A DNA stretch of 64,000 bases from contig CM060734.1 of NCBI GenBank assembly GCA_030704615.1, forward strand, positions 48,608,001 through 48,672,000, written 5' to 3'. How positions within the stretch are numbered: position 1 is the first letter of the stretch; the number at the start of each line of letters is the position of its first letter. Position numbers and translations under genes: made by a program. Positions 13,530 through 25,895 of the stretch are shown here, in pieces. This DNA is from Takakia lepidozioides. Lineage: Eukaryota; Plantae; Bryophyta. Under the pieces are notes generated by a model. That model saw nothing but the letters and a program-made list of their open reading frames with translations, was not told the DNA's origin and did no database searches.

Positions 13530-13685
13530 AGCGGGCGGGGCGGGGCGAGGGGGTTGGAGGGGCGGGACCGGGTGGCACGGGCCGGGGGGCGGGGGGTGAT
13601 GGGGGGTAGGGGGTCCCTGGCCGCTGGGACCGCGAGCCGCGCAGGAGCTGCGAAGTGGGTGCATCTGGGGGCATGGGGGGTGCCA
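13530..13685 (+). other. G-run-rich island with G-quadruplex potential
   Basis: More than ten runs of 3 or more G in ~150 bp, within otherwise AT-leaning DNA. Confidence 0.7.
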
Positions 13686-14226
13686 CGCAGGCAGGACCCT
13701 TGGGCTCACATTAAACTCCCGGGCCTTTTCTAATGTGTGCCCTTCCAAACTGGAATCCACAGTAGCTGAGCTACAGCTGTTTGATCTCTTGTACTTTTTT
13801 GTCCAGAGCTCTAAATGTATAAAAGTTAAACATAAGTTAAACAAAAGCCAAACAGTTGTGTGTGAATTAGTAAAATTTACTTTTGGGTAAGAGTTGATCC
13901 ACACGTGCGGACACACTGCGGAAGCTAAGGCCTCTGTAGGAATGTTACGCATTGTGGGTTATGGATATTGCATAAAAATAGTTGAAGATGCCAAAGGAAG
14001 GAAATGAAGTTGAAAGTCTGATAGAGATTAGAACTACACGCATCGCCAAAAGGCCAACGGCCAGCTTCACAGCTTGCACAAACAAGACGCGAAATCATAT
14101 CTTGATAGTAACATGTAGAGCTTTATAGAGTAATTAATAACGTCATAGTACACAAATCGTGATCCCAACGACCAGACGTGTTACGTACAGGAAGGAGGTT
14201 TTTGCATAGAAACTTATCAATTGGAA

Positions 14227-16162
14227 TTACAAGGTGTTACATTGCACATCAGCGATTCCGATCAGGTGGTTTGCAACATCATAAACGAACTGGTGATCTT
14301 GCTGCAGGATGTTACCGATGATGTTGATGCCCTGGCTGCTCGCCATGGCCAAGCAGCTGATTGTGTTGGCGTCGTCCACAAATAGAAATGTGTTTTTAGC
14401 AGTGTAATCAAGGCCAACGAAGTGCAGAACCAAAGTTGGGAAGGTAGGATTGGACACTTGAGAAACATCACAGCATAAGTCCAGTTGGTAGGAAGATCCA
14501 TCAATAGTCGGGTAGGTGATTGCACCTTAGAAGGCCTGTAGCCATAACAACAGTGATACATATTTGTCAGCTTATTAAGATGATAAGACTTGGATGTGAT
14601 TATCGAATACCATGAGAAACACTTGAGAAACAAGACACCACAAGGTATCGTTTAATGACTAGTTAGGAAGGCTAAAGCATTGTCCACATTTCAAGCTGAG
14701 CTGAGATTGTAATATCTTAGAAAGTGTTTGACAAGACTAACCTGCTTCACGACGTCATAAATGGTTTGGATCCAGTAGGTGAGTGTGGTTCCAGAATCAA
14801 GAATAACGCCTCCTCCATAATCGTCAAAGTTTATCTCTGGGATACTCAAGTCTTGCCCTCCTACACTAATGCCGTTCACCGCCATGTAGTAAAATGTTGG
14901 ATTGTTAAAATTGGGCATCAGAGGGGTGTATTGGATGCCTGATGAAGCTGTCACCTCGGGTATATGAGACGGTCACCCTGGGCAACACTGGAATCCCCAA
15001 CGTTGCCTTCGGGTGTGGGCATAACAACTAGGGGACTTTTTCAAGCGTTGGAGGACTTGTGGGTCTAGGTCAAGGCCATATTTCTCTCCCCTCCCAGCTG
15101 AGCTCAAGCATAACCAACATTTTCTCTTACTATTTGGTTAGCTTGACCAGCGCCACAACGACAACCAGTCATATATTCTTCGGAGATGTGATGCAAAGAC
15201 CCCAGCCGTGGTGGATTGGTCTCCATATTGATACGTGTACTGGCAGGAGGATCCACATTCTGGAGATGGAAGGTCCTTGAGACAATCACATGGCATTTCC
15301 AAATGTTAATTAATATAGGGCTGAGAAAAAAAGTCTAGAGTTTAAATGTTTCACGAATTTGGCTTGGAAATCGCATTTGGTTTATTAACTACCATCCCCA
15401 CCTATCTGTGGAGCCCGCATTGCATATTGGCGTTCGAACAACAAGTGACAACCAAGCAAGTTAACAAGTTGGAATTCAAGACTTTTTTCTTGGAACGCCA
15501 AATACAACACTAAGCTATACCTGGCCTAGACTGTCGCTGCAATCCACTTCTTTGTATGTTGTTGAGTTCTTAGGCTCAAACTTTGCGCCAGTTGTTTGGT
15601 AGCACGATGTGCAAGGCATACACTGAACCCACACCAGATCACTTCCAGTATCTACAATTGCAGAAAACTTTTGTGGAGGGGTACCGATTGAGATCTCCAT
15701 CACATACTCTCCGCTACCTGATACTGGACTTTGTAGACCTGTTGATGTTGCGTGCAATGTTGTTCCTGCGCTCGAAACTTCTCTTCACAGCGTCAGCAAT
15801 CCTTTCTGAAAATGATTTGGGTGTTGACGGGCTAAGTGGTGACGATGGATAATCTCGGTGGATTAGCTCACCTCAAATGACCTGAAAAATTAACAGACAC
15901 GTGTTCGAAGGCTAGAGGAAGAGTTGAAAAATTAAACTGATCTGACCTTGACATGTCATGGGCATGTCATCCAGCAAGGTTCTTAGGAAATTGGATCCAC
16001 TAGACATCAATTTGACCAAGAGTTTTTAGCTACATCGTTCACTACAAGAATTTATCTTGATAAAGCTTCGAACATGTGACCGTTCACAAGGGAGATAATT
16101 ACATAAAGCATACCAACAACAAAGTCGACAGCACCACTGTAAGTGATTGAGTAGGGAAAAAG
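14227..16162 (-). pseudogene. Nepenthesin/CDR1-like A1 aspartic protease pseudogene (4 exons, in-frame stops, two internal inversions)
   Basis: GSGEYVMEISIGTPPQ..IVDTGSDLVWVQC, CQYTYQYGD, VILDSGTT and IIGNILQQD..VYD. Exons approx. 15521-15882, 14742-15277 and 14227-14536. Confidence 0.93.
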
Positions 16163-16979
16163 AAAAGCCACTCAAACCGCCAAGCTGCAGTGACTACGAT
16201 GTGAAATGAGGATGTGAAATGAGAATCCGAGGCCCAATTTATGCGATCTGATCGCAGACTCATCACAAATCAGTTCCCAAATTCTGCCCCACAGCTACGG
16301 CACCATCACGCCGTCCAATATCGCGACAAGTTCGCTTTGTGGCCTACCACCCGCTTATCCTGTTACCAGTTTACCTTCCAATAAACCTGCTAGTTACCAT
16401 GATAATAAAGAGATTTTTCTAGTATTTTTAATTTTCTTTACCTTCTTTCGGAAGATAATAGGAATAATCTAAGAACTTAATGCACACGTAACGCCCTTTG
16501 GCTTTTCATCCTTTGTATTTTGACAACACCTCCCTTGAGGGAATGCCCTGCCAGGATCTCAAGAACACCTTTTGTTTCACGGAACGGAAGGTCTCACTAC
16601 CTTCCGTTTCTTAGAACGGAAGGTCTATCTTCCGAATCATGGAACGGAAGGTTTTAATATTGAGTTCATCATAAAATCAACTTCAAATTCAGTATTTTGT
16701 GAGTTCTGGCACAAACCAATTAAAGGGCCAGTCCTTTCCATTATAGTACTGGATCTTTACAAAAGGTAAAGTAAAGTAAAGTCTATTCAATCCCTCCGCA
16801 ACTTGCAAGAGAAATTAAGGAACCATTTGGAATCAGAAATTGTCACTAAATTGCAAAACAAAGGTCCAACCTAGCCTAAGAGGCCATTTTACGTTGATCG
16901 ATAGTCTGCTGCAAGCAAGGGCATATGTACTAAATTTTGTCCACATAGTCCAAATCAAATCAACTAAGCTCTAGTAGTC

Positions 16980-18525
16980 CTACTTAGTAAGATCTTTCAA
17001 TAGCTGTGCAGCGGTAGATGGATCCGTTATATTCAGTGTAATATTGCAGTTTGTAAGATTCTGGAAGTGGTGCCCGACGTTTGAGCTGTTGTTGGTGACC
17101 GAGGATGTAGTACCCAATTCCATTTTCAGTTTCTCACATCTGTCACGGTACTTGAAAAATGCATCATCTACCTCTTTCAATAAAGCAGGATCAGACCAGA
17201 ATTCATCGTCACCTCATTCTTGAGCTTCATTTCATTTTGTGCCTTGACTACCATTGGTGGTACAGAAACATCTTGCGATACTCCAGATCCGTAATTGTTG
17301 TTGGTAGTCTTACCATGATCTGAGCAGCAACTACATGATGGTTGATATCGTCAGTTGATGCAGAAAATGTTTCTTCAACCGGATATGTTGGACCCACACC
17401 TTGACAAGCTTCCACAAAAGTAGATGGTGTCGATGGTGCATGAACCTGAATCTCCAATATATTTGTACTGGTGGTGAATATTGGTTCGTCTGCAAAATAA
17501 TCGTCGCTCTCCACTGATGTTGCGAGGCTGATGTTAGAGGAATTTCCATGTTGGTGCTCATCAATTCTACCATCTGGAGCCATTCCCTGTATAGAGAACA
17601 CACGTTATAAATGGATAATAATCGTCTAATCTAAGAAACATTATGATGTTTTATGCATGACCAATGACATTAGATATTCCATGTTAGCTTACTTTAATTT
17701 TTTGGTATTGAACAGTTTCGTCCTCCATAGCTTCTTCGTATTTCAACGGTCGGCCATTCCTCAGTTCCCCACATATTATTCATTGCAATGCTCGATCTCG
17801 AACTCCTCACATGTCTCTATCATATCTCAGGTAGGAGCGCAAGTCACGATGTCTTGTAACAGCCATGGCGTGCTATGCAGAAGCGCCACTAGAATTCAAT
17901 TCTGTAATGTACCATAAGATCCACACATCAGTTTAGGATCCAAAATATTGTAGGCACAATTACATTAGAAAAATTGCATCCACATACAAAAGAACCCATA
18001 CTAACTCTGACCATTTATAAATGTACAAACAATTCTTAGCGTGGAAATATATTTTTACTGTTGAATTGACAACAATTCATGTTACCTCGTCACACCAACA
18101 TTTCTCCCAATCTTATTAGTAAATGTGCCTTCTAGACCAGTAGAGGTGCACATCTCCTTAGTCCATGCACTTAAGTAGTTTTTTCCAATATGAGACTTGC
18201 TGAACCACTACAAAATCCACCAGTAAGATTACTTAATGCAAATGCTAATAACCGTCAATGCTGTGAAGATAGAGCACATGTAAATAGATCCCTGGAAAAA
18301 TAGAAGCTGAAACTTGTGAGAGAAAAAAGAAGCCCTACCACTTCATTGCCTTCCCATTTCGGCAAGGGCATCAAGAAGAAAGGGTGTGGTCCAGGTTATG
18401 TTCAACTTGGCCGATGAAGACAAATAACCTTGTAACATTCCACCAGGTCTTGCACATAACAGGTCACCACATGGCGATGTTTTTCGGGAGCACAATGGCC
18501 TATATCGAGCTTCCAGTTTTTGTCA
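16980..18525 (-). mobile_element. Decayed Crypton-like (DUF3504-type) tyrosine recombinase gene with introns, 5' truncated
   Basis: Spliced translation: KNWK..DLVECYKVICLHRP..PFFLMPLP|WFSKSHIGKNYLSAWTKEMCTSTGLEGTFTNKIGRNVGVTR|LNSSG...AMAVTRHRDLRSYLRYD...FQNLTNCNITLNI. Confidence 0.72.
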
Positions 18526-18931
18526 TTGTGTCTGGCCCAATTATTGCACATATTATCTTTGATTCTTGTTTGCTTGATGCGCAAAAACGCAAAGTAATGG
18601 GGGTGTTTGAGGCAGCCATAACTGCAGTTGACAACTCTTCACAAGGTGAAGAGAGATTAGGGAGGCAGTACCAGTCCAAGAGACAGAAGAGGGACGCAAC
18701 TGTAGTGGCGGATCCACTGGCCACAAGGAATCCTTACGATGATGTTTCCATATGATGAGATGCAGCAGCACGATGGGCTGTTATTGTTGGAAGCCTGAAG
18801 GGAGGAAGAGGTCACTTCAGTACCACGATCAGCACAGCAAGTTAATCAAGTTGCCCCAGTGGTAACTCAAACCGGACATGCTATTACACCCGAGTCGCTT
18901 ACTGTGGAGAGAGATGGATTGGACATCCCCA
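18525..18931 (+). mobile_element. Fragment of family-1 ORF3
   Basis: IVSGPIIAHIIFDSCLLDAQKRKVMGVFEAA is homologous to the ORF at 30459-31166. Confidence 0.85.
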
Positions 18932-20110
18932 TGACGAGCCCTGAACGCGCGCGGTCAGGGTGACGGCATATTAGTCTAGGGGGGTCGTGACAAGTTGCGG
19001 TGTAGGTTGGGCTCACTGAACCGCCTACCTGACTGCGGTTAGTGCAGGGGGTCCGTGGTCGTACATGGTGGCTATGATCACTTCTAAGTCCTACCGGCAA
19101 AAAGAAATCACGTACTCCTCTTCACAGGGCGAGTTTGCGTTTCTAAGTCCTACGGTATCCTACAATCTACTCAGTAACTGCCTTCCAAGTCTTTGTGTTT
19201 TATTGTCCAATTCCTACCGCCTAGGCCCCCGAGGCGCCTATAGCCGGGACATGTTTTAATCCCTTCACAAAGCACCTACCGAGCCTAGGAAGAAGAGGGA
19301 AAATTTTCCTCTCCCAATGCCCCTCCTTCACCGAGTGCTTAAGTTCAAGTCATCTCTGATGGAAGGGCCAACGCTTCCTACCCCAGTGCCTAAAATACTT
19401 TGTTTTAGCAAAGGAATGGCCAAAATACTTATCATAATCCAATAGGTTCACCAAGTTCAATAAGGTGGTTCTAAGCCCATCAACTCAATAAGTTCAATCA
19501 GTTTAATCAATGTCATTCAGGCTATAACGTGCACCACGTGCATCTATCCTATTTAAGCAATTTCGCAAATCAGAAATGCTGGAAAATAAAAGAAATTAAG
19601 AAAATCAGAAAAAATACCTTCCTTATGGGAAATCATGTGGGGAATCCAAAGATACCCTTGACGCCTAAAGATGCCATTGGGAACCCTGTGGGAACCCAAT
19701 GAGAACCGAAGAACACCCGAGAACCGTTCCCTGCCGCGGGGAACTGCCACGGCCCTATCGGATGAATGAATCTCGCTTAGAGCTCATCCCTGCCACTACA
19801 TTTGTTAGTCTAGAACATGCATGCATAAATAATAAAATAACCACTGGTGGGTCCAAACCAGATTTCACCCCTTTACATTATTTTAAGGCGCTGGTGCGTT
19901 TTCCCTCCGTGGAAAAAGTCATCCTCTAACTTGGGCTCTGACACAAAGGCGCACTGTAGCTGAGTTTTTAGGACAGAGTACTTTCTCTCATCCCTTGTCT
20001 CTCGAGGTCTCCGCCTCTAGCTCACTGCTCACAGGCCCGCTTGGCTCTCTCTTGGAGTCATAAGAACGCTCCCCTCCAAGGCTACGTCCTCCCAAAATCC
20101 TATATTTTAT
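18932..20110. mobile_element. Probable LTR fragment of an unrelated element
   Basis: ORF3 homology stops abruptly at TGACGAGCCC, an LTR-terminus-like sequence. The segment is non-coding and has no partner in the window. Confidence 0.35.
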
Positions 20111-23100
20111 CTACCAAGCCTGTTGACATTCAGCTGTCCATGCAAACACTGCATCTTTCTTCAGAAGCTTGCTCAATGGTGCTGCTATCTGTGCATACCT
20201 TTTGACAAATCTTCTGTAATAACTAGTTTGTCCAAGGAATCTCCTTAGACTCTTAACATTTACTGGTGGTGGAGAGGCTTTAATGGCCTCTGCCTTCCTG
20301 GGATCCACAAGAAGTCCCCTCTTACACACAATGTGTCCCAAAAGCACCCCTGAGTTCACACAGAAAGTACACTTCTCTGGATTCAGGCCCAGACCTCTCA
20401 TCCTGCATCTGGCCAAACATAACTCCAATTTATGCAAGTGCTCATTCTTAGAGCTGTACACACTGAAATCATCCAAGAACACTTGCATGAAATCATCCAG
20501 ATACTCATGAAAAGATTCACTTATCACTCTCTGAAAGGTTGCTGGTGCATTACAAAGTCCAAAAAGCATGACTTTGTATGCATAAGCACCCCAGTCTGTG
20601 ATGAAAGCTGTCTTTCCCTGGTCTTCTTCTGCCACTTGCACTTGATTATAACCACTGAAGCCATCCATGAATGAGTACATCTCATGGCCTGCCACAGTGT
20701 CCAGTACCGCTTCCGTGAATGGCAAGGGGAAAGGATCTTTCTTCGTGCAAGCATTCAACTTCTTATAGTTCACACAAACTCTCAGTTTACCATTCTTCTT
20801 GGGAACTATCACAATGGGTGACAACCAAGTTGTATACTCTATCGGGTATATAAACTTAGCCTCAGCCAACTTCTTGATCTCTTCTCCAACCTTCTGTGCA
20901 TAGTTGGGATTCATTCTGTACCTTGCCTGTTTGATTGGTACTAACCCTGGTCCAGTTCAATCTTATGCTGACAGATCTCGGGTGGTATCCCTTTTAGATC
21001 CTCGTAGCTCCAAACAAATACATCTCTGTATTTGATGAACAAACTCTTAGCTTCCTCAAAGAATTCTGGCTCCAAATCAGCCCCTACCTTCACCATCCTC
21101 GGTTCCTCTTCAGTTCCCACATTCACTTCTCTCACCTGTTCATCAGCTGTGATTGTCCAACCAGTCACCATTTCATCCTGTAAACTCACAGTGGTTGGTT
21201 CCTCTAGGATTTCCATTTCTCCTTCTATTTCTTCATAGAAATGTGGTGGGTAACTGCTTGTTTCACCTTCAATTGGTGTTGTTGTCACTACACCACAGCA
21301 GATACCTTTTAAACAACTTAGGCCTTCCAGCTGCATCTCTGCAACCTGCTCCCACTCTGGGTGTGCAGCGAACAGGGTAGCTTCCTGCTCTTCATCAAGT
21401 CCTCCCCTCCAGTCATACTCCCTGACTCCTCGAGGTCTTCTCGTAGCAGGTAATCTACTAGATTTCTTAGTGGTAATTTGTATCTTGTGCATCCCATCAT
21501 GCACAGTTAGTAACTGGGAATTCCAGTCATGGAATACCCTGGCCTGTTTCAGCCACGGACGTCCCAACAATAAGGAGTAAGCTTCCATGACTTCATCCAT
21601 TTTCAACACAGTTACTGTGATCATAAAGATCATCTTTTGAATCTGTATCTTAACTCCTCCTATCAATCCCAATGGCTGTACACTTCTTTGATCTGCCATT
21701 GTTACTGTGAATGGGGCTGGTTTCATGTTACTTAGACCAAGCTTCTGCCTTAATTGGTCTGTCATGATATTCACTCCAGAGCCTCCATCTATCAGTACAT
21801 CAGTTAGTTCTGTGCTTCCAATTCTCAATTGGATTACTGGCATAGAATCATCAAAGTCCATGACTGTTTCTTGCCCTTCCGGCTTCACATTATAACTAGT
21901 CACCTTGCTGTTCAGGTCTGTGTTCCCTGTCACATGGGCAATTGATTGATTGCTTGATACAGCCTGTGTCTACAATAAGGTGCCACAGCCAATAGCTGTC
22001 CAATGGTAATCTCCGCTTTGGACTGGCATATTACTTCAGCCAAAGTCCCTTCATTACTCTGCATTTCTGCAGCTTCTTTCTTCCTTTCATCCTCACTCAC
22101 TTCTCTTCTCTTTCAGAATCAGAGGAATCTGCCATAGGAATATCAGTACTCTTCTGCATTTCCCTTATGGTATCTGCCACTTCCTTGTGCAGTTCCTTCT
22201 CATCTCTCCAAGCCTCATCATCTTCAGGCACATCACTGCCATCTCCATTATCATCATCTTCCTCATCTACTGGAGGTATTAGTTTGGCTTTGCTTCTCGT
22301 TACTATCATTGTACTTACTTCTGGTACAACACATGGCCTAACCATGTGAGCTGCCACCACTGGCCCTTCATTCACAGGAGCTCTCATCTCATTCTGGTGT
22401 CTAATCCAGAATGGATAGGCTGCATTGCGATGTCCTGCCTGATTACAATAGTACACAGTTCTCACCATTGGGTCCTCGCCCTGGTCTGCTCTAGGATTAT
22501 TTCTGTAATCCTGATTCCCTGGCTGGTAATTCCCCCTTGGATTACCCTGATAGTTGCCCCTAGAATTTCCTTGGTAATTCCCTCTTGGATTACCTCTCCC
22601 TTCCATACCATTGTTATAACCACCAGGCCTACCATAGTGGTCATGATCACTGTTTCTTCTTGGCTGGGACTGCACTTGATGCACCCTTACTTGCCTAGGT
22701 TCTCTTGCAGTTGTCCTTCTGTTCTCAGTAGAATGGTTATCCATCTTATAGATAGTACAATGTTTCTCCTTCATGTGGCATTCAGTGGTGGTATGGCCTT
22801 CATTCTGGCACTTTGCACACACAAACACCCTTCCTCCAATGTGTTGCAGCCTCTGTGCCCATACTTCTTCAAGATTCTTCTAATCTTTTTTCATAGTTAT
22901 CCTCTTCAACTTTTCTTCCTCTTACTCTTCCTTTTCAAATCTTGCTCTTCTTCCTCATCTGACTCATCCTTAGAGTCCTCATCATCCCTTTTCTCTCTCC
23001 TGAGCATTCCCAATTGCTCAATTCTGTTCGCTGTCTCAAATGCCTCCTCCACTGTATTATGGGGTAACATATCCACTTTCTTTTGCAACTCTAGTCTTAG

Positions 23101-25895
23101 TCCATCAAACCAAGTCTTTGTAAACCTGGTGCTGGTACAGCAGCCAGCTTTTCATCATCAATTCCATCTTTTCCATATACTCCTCAACAGTTTCATGCTT
23201 TTTTGCTTGACTGTTATAAACTTCCATACACTTCATTCTCAGTTTTTCTTGCCCTGAACCTATTTTGGAATGTTGTATTCAAGCCATTCCAGGTTAGAAA
23301 ATGATTATCAGGGAATCTTGCATACCATTCACTTGCTTTCTTTATAAGTGAACAAGGAAACAATCTCATCTTGGCATCATCACTATTCTCATTGTTCACA
23401 ATACACATGTGCTCAAATTGGCTAATGTGTACATAAGGACCCCTTTTCTGAATATATTGGAAAAGGGGTTTTGCCCGTGTGGTTGTAACGCCATTTGTGG
23501 CCCTACCTTCTGTCCACTGACAGATGCTGCCCCCTTGTTGGTGCTGGTCCTTGAGGACCTGTTGTAGTTGTGGTGGAATTCCACCAAGTGGTGGCCCCTA
23601 AGCACTCCCTGCTACTGGCCCCACTATATTCACAGTATTCCCAGCTCCAGTTGCACTACTTCCCACACTCCCTGTCCCCCAAGAGCCAGATCCAGGCTGC
23701 CCGCCTGATCCCCCTGAGCCGACACCTTTTTGTGGCCTGTGATCCAAGTGCTCCACTTGATCCAGGGGGGTCCAACGGGTTGGGATGTCCTGGTTGTAGT
23801 CTCAACCTAGCTGTTGGGTCTACTTCTTCATACTCTTCCTCTCCAATTTCTTCTCTCTGTTTTCATCTTCCAAGTTCTGCCCTTGGGTTTCTTCTTGTTC
23901 TTCACTCATGTAACTCAATTTCAATGGTGTTGGAGAGTCTGAACACTCTCCGTTGGCTCTGACCACATCTCTCCTCCTTCTGACCTTCTTCCGTTCAGAA
24001 ACTGGAGTTCCTGCTTTTGGTGTTCCATGCCAAATCTTTATCAAAGATTTCTGTCAAATCTTTGATCCAGGGATGTACCTCAGATCTTTCACCTCGTGGT
24101 TGATTTCTTCCTGTACCAATTCCTTAATCTTTCTTGCAAAGAAAAAGAAGGAGAGGACATCCAACTCTAGTTCTTCCGGTATGGGTGATGTACTCTCTGA
24201 TCTTAATGGTATGAGAGGTCCAGAGATTCCCCTATGTCTATTCCTCTCTCCCAAAGATATGGATAATTAGCTTTCAGATAACTTTCTCTTTTTGCTGAAT
24301 ATCTCTGGAGTCTAGCTTCTCTTTCATCACTCATGTCCCATGTCTTTCATTTCTTTAATGTGGGCATAATCAAATTCTCTTCTGTAGTATCTCTCGTATA
24401 TGCCTGGGCTTCTTTCAAGCTTCAATGCACCTTGGCTATACTAGAAGTCTCGTTACCATATAACCATATGGCAAACAAGTCTGGAAGAAGGAAAGTTGTT
24501 CTTGGTGTGAGTTGATCCACAGAACATCCTTTGGAATCCAATTCTTTACCAGTACAAGCTCCTCATGCATATGAGTATAAAAATTCACCTTCCTTTCCTC
24601 CCAACCTTCAAACTCGTACTCGCTTAATGGATAGCAATGCTATCACATAAACTAGTGTTGGTAACCAACGTGCTCTTCCTCTACAGGCCACTTGATAAAT
24701 CATTATCACTCCTTTCTCCAGACCCCACTCCGGGTCAGCATCATGCACTCTCTTAAGAATGTTTTCTTTACAACCGTCTGGCAATTCCAAGACCTCTGAA
24801 AGAATTGTTTGGACAATCTTTCCTTCTCAGTTTCACAGGGAATTTGATTCACATCAAATTAATTCTCCAACCACCATGATCCCACCAGATGCTTGTCACA
24901 TCTGGCTGTTCATGACCCAGTTCCCCAGTATGGTCGTCAAATGTCGAGCGGTTTTTACTCAACCATCCCTTCGCTATCCGAGGTGGAAACTCCAGATAGA
25001 AGAGTTGATATCTAAGACTCAGGCTCCCGCTCAGAACATCAGTCATGACCTGCAAGCTAGTGAATCATGTTGTGCTTCCCATTTGTATTCCTTCTTGCCT
25101 TCATGTTATCAATTTACCTTACCGTGTATACTGAAGCATCAGATTGCTTCAGTATCTACTAAATTCCAGTGAATTATGCATTCATTCCACAGCTTCACTC
25201 ATGTCTCTCTACACAGTGCGATTGTATCGCATAAATATCAGATTATGATTTATCAGTTATCAGGCCAATGCCATGGTGACACTAATCTGCCCTACAGTAT
25301 CACTACAGCTTTGTATGTAACAAGCATCTACTGTCATTCTCTTGCTTCTCCTGTTCTCATTCTTCCTCTCCGCTGATCTCCTCTCCAGCATGACCCCAAG
25401 CGCTCCCCGTGAAGTGTCCCCTCTTTCGTTGCCGCTCTCCTGATCTGCCCACAAGCTGTTCTAACCACCTAACTAACTAACCGTTATCCCTGAAGTAACA
25501 CGTTCCCTCATAGTCGTTCCCTGTCAATGATAACTGTTCCCCATGTACTGTGTCAAGCTGTGTCAAGCTGTGTCAAGCTGTGACTGGCTGTGTAAAGCTG
25601 TGTCGGGCTGTGACTGGCTGTGCGAAGCTGTGTCGGCTGTGACTGGCTGTGACGGGCTGTGTCGGGCTGTGCGAAGCTATGGCGGCTGTGACTGGATGTG
25701 CGAAGCTGTGTTGTGTGTCGGCTGGACTGGACGGTGAGGGCTGTGTCAAGCGTGTAAACCCCCCCCCCCCCCCCCCCCCCACCTAAAGCATGTTGCTGTC
25801 ACCCCTAAGGCTCATGTTGGTCTCAGTCTGCGCAAAAATTAAGGGTACCCCACAGAACTCGTAAAAGCGTCTAAGTCCCAAGCAGTCCTCTAACA
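20111..25895 (-). mobile_element. Ty3/gypsy family 1, copy D: 5' LTR, PBS, ORF0, gag, PR, RT; truncated before RNase H
   Basis: LTR 24942-25895, PBS ~24922-24940, zinc knuckles, LIDGGSG protease, and RT motifs MDGFSGYNQ and FLDD. Confidence 0.95.
24942..25895 (-). repeat. 5' LTR of copy D
   Basis: TGTTAGAGG...CTCGACA on the minus strand, followed by the PBS. Confidence 0.9.

Noticed and set aside
14955-16162. Programmed gene unscrambling or an invertible switch driven by the neighbouring recombinase
   Set aside because: There are no proper inverted recombination sites at the breakpoints, filler and deletions are present, and the gene has independent stop codons.
22346-23257. 303 aa plus-strand ORF (and similar ORFs at 45558-46190 and 32922-33209)
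   Set aside because: Antisense shadows of purine-rich gag, not consistently open across copies.
25759-25780. Poly-C tract in the D LTR and the GC-rich insert at 27455-27495 in the A LTR
   Set aside because: Absent from sister LTRs; probably homopolymer or consensus errors.
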